A stretch of DNA of 55,754 nucleotides from Malacoraja senta (Eukaryota): positions 1 through 55,754 of the forward strand of contig JAXLNO010006171.1 of the NCBI GenBank assembly GCA_038087875.1. Direction: 5' to 3'. Within the stretch, counting starts at the first letter, position 1, and every line of letters begins with the position of its first letter. Shown here in pieces: positions 24,966 to 36,203 of this stretch. Under the pieces are notes generated by a model. The model ran no database searches. It was not told where the DNA came from and saw nothing but the letters and a program-made list of their open reading frames with translations. The translations under genes were made by a program, and so were the position numbers.

Positions 24966-26195
24966 TCTATACACTTATAAAACTCTCATCTTGTCCTCCT
25001 CCGGTTTGCATTGTTTTTAAATTTGCGCAAAACGGTACCCGATAGCGCTACGATTTTTCGCCACCTTACTCACCATTCTCCTGTGCTGCAAGTGCATCGT
25101 TTTGTTCCGATTGGTGAAATATTACAAAAGCTATTAATCTTCTCCTGTCATTCGCCGGGATGGCGACGCCCCTTCCGGCACCCGCTGTCAATCACCAGCG
25201 GTGAGAATAAAGCTGAAGGAGCGGAGTGAGCAGAGTGTGGGCAGGGGCTGTATTCGCGGGGCGGGCTGGGGCTGTGTTTGCGGGCGGGGGCTGTGTTCGC
25301 GGGCGGGCTGGGGCTGTGTTCACGTGCGGGCGGGGGCTGTGTTCGTGGGCTGGCGGGGGCTGTGTTCGCGGGCTGGTGACCACCATGACGACCCGGGATC
25401 CGCTGAGTGCAGCCGTGGCCGGGAGCCTCTGAGTGCGACAGGAGCCAGGGACGGGAGCTACTGAGTGAGTCCGGAGCCGGTCCTGGAGCCGATGAGTATG
25501 GTTGGAGCCGGAGCCGCTGAGCCCACACACCACCCTCCCCCCACTACACACACCCCTCCCCCTCCCACATAGATCCCCCTCCCCAACCCCCACAACCTCC
25601 CCTCCCCCACCCGCACAATCCCCCCTCCCCCACAAACCCTCCACCTCCACCACCCCCCTCCCCACACCCCCCTTCTCCCACACCCCCGTCCTCTATACCC
25701 CCGTCCCCCACACCCCCCTTCTCCCACACCCCCGTCCTCTATACCCCCGTCCCCCACACCCCCCGTCCCCCACACCCCCCGTCCCCCACACCCCCCGTCC
25801 CCCACACCCCCCGTCCCCCACACCGCCCCTCCCCCACACCGCCCCTCCCCCACACCTCCCCTCCCCCACACCTCCCCTCTCCCACACCTCACCTCCCCCA
25901 CACCTCCCCTCCCCTCCCCCACACCTACCCACACCACACCCCCCGTCCCCCACACCCTCCCATCCCCCACACCCTCCCATCCCCCACACACCCCCGTCCT
26001 TCACACCGCCCCTCCCCCACACCCCAGCCCCCGACAGGCCCCGCCTGAAGCCGTCCCCCTCCCCTGGCTGCAGGATGCTCCCGCTGTTGTGTTGGGGGAA
26101 CAGGTGAGTGGTGGAATATTGCATTGGGGAATGGGTTGCATTGGGGGACCAGGCCTCCCATGTGACTGGGACCCAACGGGTCCCACATAGTCTAG
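24966..26195 (+). mobile_element. Complete non-autonomous Helitron (1230 bp) with internal GC-rich minisatellites
   Basis: A|TC start at 24966; sub-terminal hairpin gggaccc-aac-gggtccc (26168-26184); CTAG|T end at 26195; no TSD. Internal ggggctgtgttcgcgggc repeats (25243-25375) and C-rich ~16-17-bp repeats (25525-26030). Confidence 0.88.
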
Positions 26196-26197
26196 TG

Positions 26198-26389
26198 CAG
26201 TGGTTCTTAACCTGGGAGTTGTGACCCCCTATGGGGGTCGTTTGGGGATTTGCCGGGGGGCATGAAGGGGACACAAATAACATATCCATTTGTTGAACCC
26301 ATGTTTAGGAACCTAACAAAGGTACATACCACATACAGTATTTTGTTCGCGTATACGCGTACTGGTGCCAAAAAGGTTAAGAACCACTG
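26198..26389. mobile_element. hAT (Charlie/MER5-like) MITE, 192 bp
   Basis: 16-bp perfect TIR cagtggttcttaacct/aggttaagaaccactg; 8-bp TSD gtctagtg at 26190-26197 and 26390-26397. Confidence 0.93.
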
Positions 26390-26399
26390 GTCTAGTGTT

Positions 26400-27290
26400 A
26401 CATAAATCCAAGTCTGTCTTCATTGTTTCTTGCCTCAATTTAGCAAGGCAAGTATGTTGTAAGCCTTCTTCACCGCTCTAATCTACCTGTATTTCCACTT
26501 TTGGGTAGAATAGAGCGGTGGAGTTGAATCCCAAGTTCCTCTGTTCATTAACTTTCCTTAATGCCTTACTATTTACTGTACACATCCTACTCCTATTTAA
26601 CTTTGCACAATGCATCACTTTGCACTTGGCACTTTCCAAGATAAAATTCCAACTGCCAATGTTCCTCCAAACATTTTATTCAATTTATATCCCGTTGTAG
26701 CCTTGGACTAACTTTCTGGCCATCCACAATTCAACCAACTTGCATATCAGAAGAAAGATCTCGATCCGAAACACCACCTATCTGTGTTCTCCAGAAATGC
26801 TGCCTGACTTGCTGAGTTACTCCAGCACTTTATGTCCTTTTGCAACTTACATATGATATGCACGCTTACAAATCATACCCCCTACATTTACATCCAAGTT
26901 AATATATATTACAAACAGCAAGGATCCAACATCGATCCCTGGGTGCTGTGTTCACAGGCATCCACCACAATCTTTCCACCACTACACTCTGCCAAGCTAA
27001 TTTTAGATCCAGATGGCCTTGGACCCCATGCATTTTAACATTCTGGTTGAGCTATCATGCATGACCTTGTCAAATGTCACATGAAAGTCCACATGGACAA
27101 TGTGGACTTTCTTCATCAATCTGATGACCCTGCCTTCATCAATCTATTTTGCTACCTCCTCCAAAAATTCTATCAAATTAGTAGAGCAAGAGTTCCCACA
27201 CACAAAGCCATGCTAACTCTCCCTGATCTAACCCTGCCTTTTAATAATGCACATAAATTCTCCCCCTTATGGAAATTATCGGAGAAAATT
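26400..27290 (-). mobile_element. Old CR1 RT remnant with Penelope-type repeat inserted at ~26745-26840
   Basis: Degenerate similarity to the young CR1 at 55126-55754 (ccttgtcaaatg...aaagtccacatggacaatgt, gagttcccacacacaaagccatgct). Confidence 0.6.
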
Positions 27291-27810
27291 CCACCACTGA
27301 CATTTCAAGAGCGTGTGCCAGAAAGTAACTGCAATATTACAGGACTAGAAGATTGGAGCTCTATCTTAGAGTTTCACAAAAACCACAACGTAGCAGTGGG
27401 ATTTTGGGGATAACCTGTTCAGGGAAACACTGCACAGGTCCACACCCAAACTGCTTCTGACATCCGTTGATCTCCTTTAATTATTTTGTAATTGCTGATG
27501 TTGTAAATTTTAAATGTTGACATGCAGTTTCAATAACTAGCTCTAGTAAAGCAATTAATGACCCTTGAGAGGGGTAAGTCCTGATTTCCTTGCATTTCAT
27601 TTTGTACTCAAGCCTCAGGGTTCTAGAATTCACAAGCAGATACTCTTGTTCAAGAAAGGCAACAGAGTTAAGCCAGGTACAACAACAGGGAAAGGAGCTC
27701 GCTCCTTCACGTTTGTTATATGCATTAATTATTTGATGTAAATGCAGAAGATATGATTTATAATTTCTGCCAAAGTGTTTTTGACTTGAAACATACTAAT
27801 GACATGACAA

Positions 27811-28117
27811 TGGGGTGGCACAGTGGTAGAGTTGCTTCCTTACAGCACTTGCAATGCTGGAGACCCGGGTTCAATCCCGACTACGGGTGCTGTCTGCACG
27901 GAATTTGTATCCCCATGACCTCGTGGGATTTCGCCGAGATCTTCGGTTTCCTCCCACACTCCAAAGACGTACAAGTATGTAGGTAAATTGGCGTGGTGTA
28001 TGTGTAAATTGTCCCTGGTGTGTGTAGGGTAGTGTCAATGTGCGGGGATCGCTGGTTGGCGCGGATCCGGTGGGCCGAAGGGTCTGTTTCCGCGCTGTAT
28101 CTCTAAACTAAACTAAA
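27811..28117 (+). mobile_element. Near-full-length HE1/V-SINE-type SINE
   Basis: tRNA-like head (ggcacagtggtagag...gggttcaatccc), V-type core ttcggtttcctcccacactccaaagacgt, CR1-like tail gtgggccgaagggtctgtttccgcgctgtatctc(taaac)n. Confidence 0.85.
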
Positions 28118-28963
28118 AATGCAAATGCAAGATCAGCATTTCAAAAAATCTTCAGTGAAGAATTTCAATGGTATTAATGAACTTAAAGCATTTTATTTGT
28201 TTAAAGCATTGCAACATTAAAAGTTTGATGTTAGACTTCAAACAGCTGACAGTATGGTATGTTTATAAATAAATATCGTCTGGTCAAATTCTGAGGCTCA
28301 GTTATTTTAAATATGTAAGGGTTGCTTCACATTGTTCTGATGTGGGCAAGTATACATTGCTAAACCATCACAATTAAGCTGTGGTCTCAATTTTGGTTGG
28401 GTGAAAACATTTGCTCTTTGTGCTATTGTTCTTGGAATATTTCTCATATGTTCAGTCAGCTCCTCTAATGATGAGCAGACATACTAACAGCTCCAGATTT
28501 GATAGCTGGCCTGCATTGTATTTGATGAATTCAGTTGAATAATATTGGACCACACATTTGTCATCATTAACCCTGCAGGATAAAATATAGCAAGGTTCAT
28601 AATTATGATTAGGCCTTAAATAAAGCAATATAATGTATAGTCTCTTGGCAATCCATGGTGGAGGTGCACAAATATGAATTAAGGTTGAAGCTGGACGAAG
28701 CTGAGCTCTCGTCTTCCCTTTTCTCGGATTTTAGGAATTTAGTTAGGAATTGAACCAAGGACCAGCATTTCGGGTGAATGTGAAGTATTCCTTTGCAGGG
28801 GCGGGAATCACTATCAAAACAATTTCTTGGTGGTCGCAAGCGCATGCGCACACACGCGAGGCTTCGGCCGTGGACCCTGTGGACGATAACATCGGTAACT
28901 GACCTGGTTGGTGACCGACTCCGAACTCTAGCAACAGCAGCTTCGTCCGCCCCGAATCGTGGG

Positions 28964-29161
28964 GCTTCAATTGGCCCGTTTGCAGGGCCTTTCATCGCCT
29001 GGCGTGGCTTAAAACCGGCCGCGGGATCTTCCACCGCCCGGCGGGGGCTTCAACATCGGGAGCCTCGACGCAGCAATTTGACCGCGGGCGATGGAAGATC
29101 CCGTGGCCGATTTTAAGCTGCGCCGGGCGATGAAAGGCCCTGCGAACGGGCCGATTCAAGC
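28964..29161. repeat. GC-rich inverted repeat, ~75-bp arms with ~44-bp spacer
   Basis: Arm 28969-29040 matches the reverse complement of 29085-29156, differing mainly by transitions. Confidence 0.9.
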
Positions 29162-29909
29162 TCAGCTCTATGATCTTTGCTCCACCAGGACGTCTCCCTC
29201 CTCCAATCACCGCGCTCTATCCTCATCCCCACCCCCCTTACTTCCGCCTCTGACCGACACCTCCCTCCTCCAATCATCGCGCTGAATCATCATGTCCCGT
29301 CCCCCCCCTCCCACTGCCTGCTGACCGACGTCTCTCTCGTCCAATCAGCGCCCTCGATCATCAGTCTCACCCCCACTGTCTCGCGGAAAGCGGAGATTTT
29401 TAATAGTTTTTTTCACTGAATTTCAAAATCTGGATTACAAAACATGGGGGGTTTGTCCCCCACCTCTCAAAACATGTAGGGGACACCCCTTCCCCCCGTC
29501 CCACTCGTGATTTCCGTCCACGGTCCTTTGTACTATTTGAAAATGTAAAGGGATTCCTCAGCAAATTGAATGTGTGTTTTTAAATCTTGCTTTCTAGAAA
29601 CCAATAAATTTGGTGGTTCATTTTATTTGCTCTTCAGACGATCTTTAAAAATAATGATACTGTCCAGGCAATACGATCGAAAGATTAACTTGTGAAGAAA
29701 TCTGAGATATTCTTGAACAGAGGTACAGTATAACCAAGATTGTATGCTTTTTACAAAAAAAGTTTCCCAAGAGAATTTACAAATAGAAGGGTGGGAATCT
29801 AAACCATCTCTTGATTAATGAAGAGAAGGCGCAGAGTGCTGGAGCAGCTCAGCGGGTTAGGGCAGCATCTCAGGAGAACAAGGATGGGTGACGTAGTGGG
29901 TCAGGATCC

Positions 29910-30368
29910 CTCCCCGCCCACCCGTCGCTTTGTCCGGTCCCTTCTTCATTGCCGCCTCATCTTCCTTCTCCCCTGCAGTCGCCAACATTTTCCAAGGTGG
30001 AGTATGTTGGCGACTCCAGTGGAGAAGGAGGGGGTGGGGGGGGCGAATGGACAGAGCAACGTGTGAAGGAGGCCTAGGCCACGGTCGAGTCCGGACTGGA
30101 GTAACGGGCTGACCGGAAGAAGCAGCAGCTGCTGAGAGGGGAGGGAATCCACGATGTCCGAGCGCGTCCTCTCAGTAGCAGCGACCTGAAGAAAGTGCCG
30201 TCACCAAGGACTAGAATGTGAGCCGCATCAACAGCCATGTCAAACGGACCGTGCAGAGGGTGAAGAAGGGCTCACTGGTGCACCTTGCGAGCCGGGGTGG
30301 CGTCAGCATCTCCATCCACTATAACCGAAATTCGTTAAAAGCGGGTCCATAAAATTGAGGGTTTATTG
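29910..30368 (-). mobile_element. pogo/Tigger-like non-autonomous element end (same family as 12966)
   Basis: Ends gagggtttattg|TA; shares sub-terminal motifs with 12966-13110. Confidence 0.55.
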
Positions 30369-30399
30369 TACTAAATCCACAATAAATATGTTCAGCAGT

Positions 30400-31200
30400 A
30401 GTCCCTTCAATCCCCAGAATATGTTCTGTCATTCAATGGGTTGATCTGACACGGCTGCCTTTTTCTCAAAACCCTTCATTTCTTACTGATTAGAATGCTA
30501 CCTCAGCCGTATATAAATCAAATTGCTCCGCCCACACAGCTTTCAGTGGCAAGGAGTTATAAAGACATCAACCTTCCTCCTCATTTCAGTCTCTCGTCCT
30601 TTGACCAGATTCTCTGGTTCTGGAATTTGCCATGAGAGGAAACATTGTGAGCATTTACTCTGTCTAACCCCCTCAGAATTCAATAGATTCAAAGATCTAT
30701 AAGATCACCCTCATTCTTCTAAATTACAAGGTTTAATTTTTCTTGTAAGAGAATCTCCATCTCTGCGTTCATCCAACTGAAACCTCTCTAAACTGCCTCC
30801 AATGTAATGATATGTTTCTTTAAATAGGGGGACCAGAATTTTTTTCCATTACTTTAGATGTGGTCTTATACAAATGCAGTTCATTTCATTCTAATTCAAC
30901 CCTCTTGTAATAAGGGCCAACATTCCATTAGCCTTTACTACCTGCTGAATTTGAATGCTGGTTTTGTTTTGCGTATAAGTCTCTTTGTGCTACATCGTTT
31001 TGAAAATGGTCTTCATTTTAAACAATACTGTTCTTTTATTCTTCCAAAATCAATAACTTCACATGTTTCCACATTATATCCTACTTGCCAACTTTTTGCT
31101 AATCAACCAATTAGTGTCTCTCTGTAAACTATCTCCTTGCAAATTCCCCTTCTCACTTGTTTTTTTCTGTCCTCCATAAACATGGTTACAATACATTAGC
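30400..31200 (-). mobile_element. Old CR1 3' portion
   Basis: Degenerate match to the young CR1 3' region (cccctcagaatt...aagatcaccctcattcttctaaa...ggggaccagaa). Confidence 0.6.
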
Positions 31201-31783
31201 TTCCTTCAATGTTTTGAACCTAAAATTCTGGATTAATGGGCATTGAACTATTTCCACATTTCCACTTCAAATCTATTCTTGATCTGGTGGTTTATATGAA
31301 AAAATGCTTCTCAGGTCAGTTGGATAAAGAATGTTATGAAGAGATGGTGTTTGAGGATGTGAAATGTCTGCCAGATCATATTTTGTGCTTGCCAATATTT
31401 TGGTGACCTGCCAGAGAATTAACAATAACTTCCCAAACCCAGCAAAATCATATCTTGAAATGCACGGATTTAAGAGACATATTGGAATACCAATACCTGC
31501 TGCCTTCTTTCCAGATCACATACCATCCTGATTTGGGAATATATATTGCTGGTGTTCCACAAATCCTGTCAATCCTTACCCAACAGTGTAGTGTCAAGTA
31601 CCTTCATTAGAAGGACATTCAAGAATGAGCTCACTATTACCCTATGATGAGCAATTAGACGGTCAACTTGAAATTAATTGATATCTTAACAAAATAGTAA
31701 CCACTATTATAAAAGCCAAAAGCAAAATGAGGGGATGTTGGAAATGTGAAATCAAATCTGAAACTGCTGGAAAAACTGAATAA

Positions 31784-32919
31784 AGCCCCTGTCCCACTTT
31801 CACGACCTAATTCACGAACTCTGCCGAGTTTGCCCTTGACTCATACTCGCAACATGGTCGCCACGAGGTTGTAGGTAGTTCGTAGCAGGTCGTGATGCTA
31901 GTCATAGGTATACGTGGCATCAAGTAGGTCGCGGCGTTTTTTCTAGCTTGATAAAAAATGTCCACGAGTAAAAAAAAGGTTGGCATGGAAAAAAATCGAT
32001 GCTCTTTACTCATCACCTCTGTCACTCCAAGGCATGTTCATTCATAGCTGGAGAGTTTTTTAGAGAGGAGACTTGTGTTTTAGAGATGGCACCAAAAAGA
32101 CAGTAGCGAAGGGGAGGGCACAACCCTAAAAAAAAACGGCCATGCAGGTGTTGCCCACCCAAGAGGAGGAGTGGCAGGAGGTGATGCCACAGGAGGTGAT
32201 AGTGCAGGAGGAGGTAGCCTGCATGAGAGACCCCTGGAGGAGGAGACCAGGGTGGTAGTATATGTCCCCACCACCACCCCATCCTTCACTGCCTCATTTG
32301 AAGGCAGCAAAGCAACCCTTTCTCCTGTGTCTGACACAGCATCAGAGGCAGATGCCCCATTGGTGGTGAGTGAGGGCTTGAGGAAGGTTCTGCCCTACAC
32401 CTTCACCAGGCAGCAGGAGGGGGACCTTGAGGAATGGTTCCAGTAGAATGCCATCCTGTACGAAAAGGAAAATGAGGGGTACAGGGACAGGGACAAGAAT
32501 GGCATGCTTGCCATCCACTGCCCCACATGTGTGCTTAAAGTTCCATCTTTTGTCAAAGCCCAGTGCCACTCTCTTCCAGTCATCTGCTGTACTGGGACAG
32601 TCCATCACGTCATCTCCATTCACCCATTGAGACCTCTTCTTGTGCCTCCTCTTCACCCTTGCTCTTCCCCTTCTGCCTTTCTTAAAAGGCTGCTGAAGCA
32701 AAAGGGCTACTGCAAACAGCAGTAAAACGTACATGGTCGAAGCTCGTCTTCAACATAGTCGAAGGAGGTCTTCAACATAGTCGTGGGAGGGCTTCAACAT
32801 AGTCGTGGGAGGTCGTAGACAGTCGTGGAAGGCCGTAGGAGGTCGTAGGTTACCGCGACCTTGATTTTTTTTAGGTCATTTAAGGTCGTCAGAGGTCGCA
32901 ATTTAGTGGGACAGGGCCT
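31784..32919. mobile_element. Internally deleted PIF/Harbinger transposon
   Basis: TIR agcccctgtcccact/agtgggacagggcct with TAA TSD (31781-83, 32920-22); minus-strand transposase fragment CPSTADDWKRVALGFDKRWNFKHTCGAVDGKH; convergent plus-strand accessory ORF fragment; inserted in a Penelope-type repeat. Confidence 0.9.
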
Positions 32920-33542
32920 TAAGTCACAGCATTTATGGAGAGAGAAGCAAAGTTAACATTTCAGGTCAGTAACCTTTCACTGGAGCTGGGAAATGTTGTG
33001 TAAACTGAATTTTAGTTGCAGAGGAAATGGGAAAGGGTTAAAAGAACACAAAACAAGGTCACTTGTTGGTTGATAACCAGGATAAAATGAATGGCATGAT
33101 TGTGGACAAACAGTATTGGAGTAACTCAACCGGTAAGGCAGCATTTCTTGAGAACATTGCCAGGTACCGCTTTGGTTGTGGTAATGTTGATTGTGGTAAT
33201 GTTGCTAACTGAAAGGCTTGTAAATAACAACAATTATGCCAGTACATATAAGTAGGAATAACTGGTCTGAAATTACCAGAAGAGGAAAATAAAATGCTGG
33301 AAATGAGAAATGACGTTGGAATGCCTATTATATGAAATTAATGAATTAGGTTTTTGTTCCAGTAAGTCTGCAATGTTGGAAGATGACAGTTAGTGCACAG
33401 GTAATTCTGCTATTACGCTTGTTTCCATGACAAGAATTGGATACAACGCAAGTAATGAATTAGGGAACTCAATTTGCATGCAATTTTGATCGGGAAATAG
33501 AGAACCACTTAACAATTACTTTGGATATTGACAAGCAGAAAA

Positions 33543-35676
33543 GCAAGAAAGGCACCTTTCTGACATTTCAGGAGTTGCAACATACTTATGGACTTCGAGG
33601 AAATGATTATTTCAGATATCTTCAACTCAGAGATTATGTAAAATCGAATACTCAAAACTTTCGAATTAGAAATTCAGAAATTCTTGATGACTGTTGGAAT
33701 AAACATCCTAATACAGAAAAATTAATATCTTATATATGTAATATCTTATTAGACAGTGACATTCCATCGACGGACTTACACAGACAAACATGGGAAAAAG
33801 AATTAAATCAAATAATAACGAAAGATACTTGGGAAGAAAGTTTACAACATATACATCAATGTTCATTAAATGCCAGACATTCTTTAATACAATTTAAAGT
33901 AATACATAGATTACATTATTCAAAAACAAAATTACATAAAATCTTTCAACATATCTCACCTATATGTGATAAATGTCAACATTTAGAAGCCACCTTATCT
34001 CATATGTTTGCAAACTGTACAAAAATTAAAAAATTCTGGGTAAATATTTTTAGTATAATATCTAAAGTGACCAGCACACAAGTGGACCCGGATCCAAAAT
34101 TTATAATACTTGGAACATCAGAATTAAATCAAACATTTACAACAACACAAAGAAACTTTATTGATTATAGTATAATAACAGGAAAAAAATTAATTCTAAA
34201 ATTTTGGAAAGGCCCTACGGCCCCCACAATCAAAATGTGGATTATAGAAATGACGGAGACCTTAAACGTGGAAAGAATCAGATTTTCCCTGTTGGACAAA
34301 CAGGAATTATTCGTTGGAACATGGTCTCCCTTTATTGATTATTTAAAGGGTCAGAATGGTTCAGCACGGGAACCTGACTAATGCTCGGGCTAAAAAATGG
34401 ATGAAATGCTTTTTTTTTTTTTTAATTTGTATTTTATTAGAAGTACATTACATTACAACCACATACATTAGTACTTGTCATTTATATCTTCTTACAATTA
34501 ATGTACTCCATTTATTTTTTACACTAGAAAAGGAAAAGATTGAAAGAAAGAAGAAAGTGAAGGAAAAAGTGAAAGTGTAGGAAATGTGACAACAAAAAAG
34601 GACGAAGACCCTATAAGAGCAAAATTAAAAACAAGAGAAAAAGAGTTAAGAAATAGACCCTAGGAAAGAAAGAAAGAGAGAAAGAGGAAAAAGAGAGAAA
34701 CAAATATTTTTATGAGCATTACGTAAATGGGACATACCAACTCTTCAACTATCATCCCCCCTTACCTGACCTCAATTTTTTTTTTTTTAAGTACTTTTGC
34801 ACCCTATGTTTGTAATAATTCTATAAATGCAGACCACGTCAGGTGGAAATGATCTGGTTTACCTGCTAGGAGGAGTCTTATCTCTTCTAGGTGTAATGTT
34901 TCAAACATATTTGAAATCCACATATTTATAGTTGGTATTGGAGCCTTCTTCCAAAATTTTAGAATTAGCTTTTTTCCAGTTATTAACCTATAGTCCATTA
35001 GTTTCTTTTGAAACACATTTAGTTCTGGACCATCTTCCGTTATACCGAAGATAATCCATTCTGCTTTGGGTATCAGTCTTGTTTTAAATAACTTTGTAAA
35101 GATTTCAAAAATTTCATTCCAAAATTTTTGAATTTTTGTACAAGAAACGAATGAGTGCGTTATGGTAGCTTCTTGGGATTGACATTTATCACAAATAGAT
35201 GATACATTTGGGAAAATTTTATGAATTTTAGTTTTCGAATAATATAATCTATGTAAAATTTTAAATTGTATTAAAGTGTGTCTTACATTAATCGAGCATT
35301 TATGCACGTTTAATAAGTATTCATTCCAACTTTCCAATGGATGAAATGCTATATTCTGAAATGTACGAATATATCTCGAATGAAGTTTTTTATTTTAATA
35401 CATTTTTCCACTCTTCTTTAACTATCTTTCTCTTTTGTTTTTTTTGTGGGTTTTTTTTTGTTTTTTTTTTCTCTCTTTTTCTTCTCTTTCTTTCTTTACT
35501 TCATCTATCTTTTTAGTTCTATCTAGTTTAAAATTAAAAAAAAAGGCAAAAGGTATTGGAGACAATGTAATAATAATTGATAATATTATCAATTTAAAAA
35601 TGTAAGACTGTAATGATGTTAAAAAGGTTGTGTACTTATCTCCAATAAAAAATATTTTCAAAAAAAAAAAAAAGAA
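33543..35676 (+). mobile_element. 5'-truncated L1-clade LINE (ORF2 C-terminus, 3' UTR, poly(A)); host of a nested L1
   Basis: ORF 33521..34381 with CSLNARHSLIQFKVIHRLHY...CDKC...HMFANC (Cys-rich domain); aataaa plus poly(A) at 35644-35673; possible TSD aagcagaaaa. Confidence 0.88.
34411..35335 (-). mobile_element. 5'-truncated L1 nested in the 3' UTR of another L1
   Basis: ORF2 C-terminus 34804..35337; poly(T) at 34411; 15-bp TSD aatggatgaaatgct (34396-34410, 35336-35350). Confidence 0.92.
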
Positions 35677-36203
35677 AAGCAGAAAAAAATTAAGAAGCAG
35701 AGAAAAAAAATGGCCTTAAATTTAAACAGTCTATATAGAGGGGTGGGGAGGGGTGGGGGGGTGGGGAGGGTGGGTGGGAGGACTTGTCCCTTAACTGCTA
35801 CTTTAACACAGGTGGTTATTAACATTGCCGACCAAGTTCTATTGACACTTGGGCAATGATACTCCGTTAAACAATGTAGTATAGATCCTTCAGTGTTTTT
35901 AGCATGCATTAACAAAAATAAAATAATTGCTTTGAAAAGACCTTTGAGTTTGATAATCCTTGTGTGAAAAATAACTTTGTTATTTCGAATTTGAAACACT
36001 CTAGCCTCTAGCCCCCATCCCCCATCCCACATTGACACCATATAATATGATTTTTTTCAATAACAAGTTTTTTTGGGAATGCAACTCACATGATAGCTGA
36101 GCTACGTATACTGTATTTGTGCTCATAATCTGATCTCAGCAATTATGAAACCACACTGTCAGTGACTGATTTGCAGAATGCCTCCACTTGGTCTGCAAAG
36201 ATA

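Noticed and set aside
26074-26109. ATG...CAG|GTGAGT as PTK7 signal-peptide exon 1
   Set aside because: Only ~10 codons, wrong phase for the phase-1 Ig1 exon, and inside a repeat; the true first exon is probably upstream of the window.
25458-26289. Long Pro-rich/Gly-rich ORFs (177-201 aa) on both strands
   Set aside because: Translations of a C/G-run minisatellite inside a Helitron; stop-free only because of base composition.
27811-27885. tRNA gene
   Set aside because: It is the tRNA-derived head of a SINE, continuous with core and tail; no full cloverleaf.
12966-30368. One 17-kb composite transposon bounded by the two inverted Tigger-like ends
   Set aside because: TA flanks are uninformative, the two ends are diverged, and the interior is ordinary old intron; more likely independent fragments.
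32748-32805. cttcaacat motif shared between Harbinger sub-terminal repeats and the CpG-rich retroposons
   Set aside because: Only 9-12 bp with no flanking similarity; may be coincidence.
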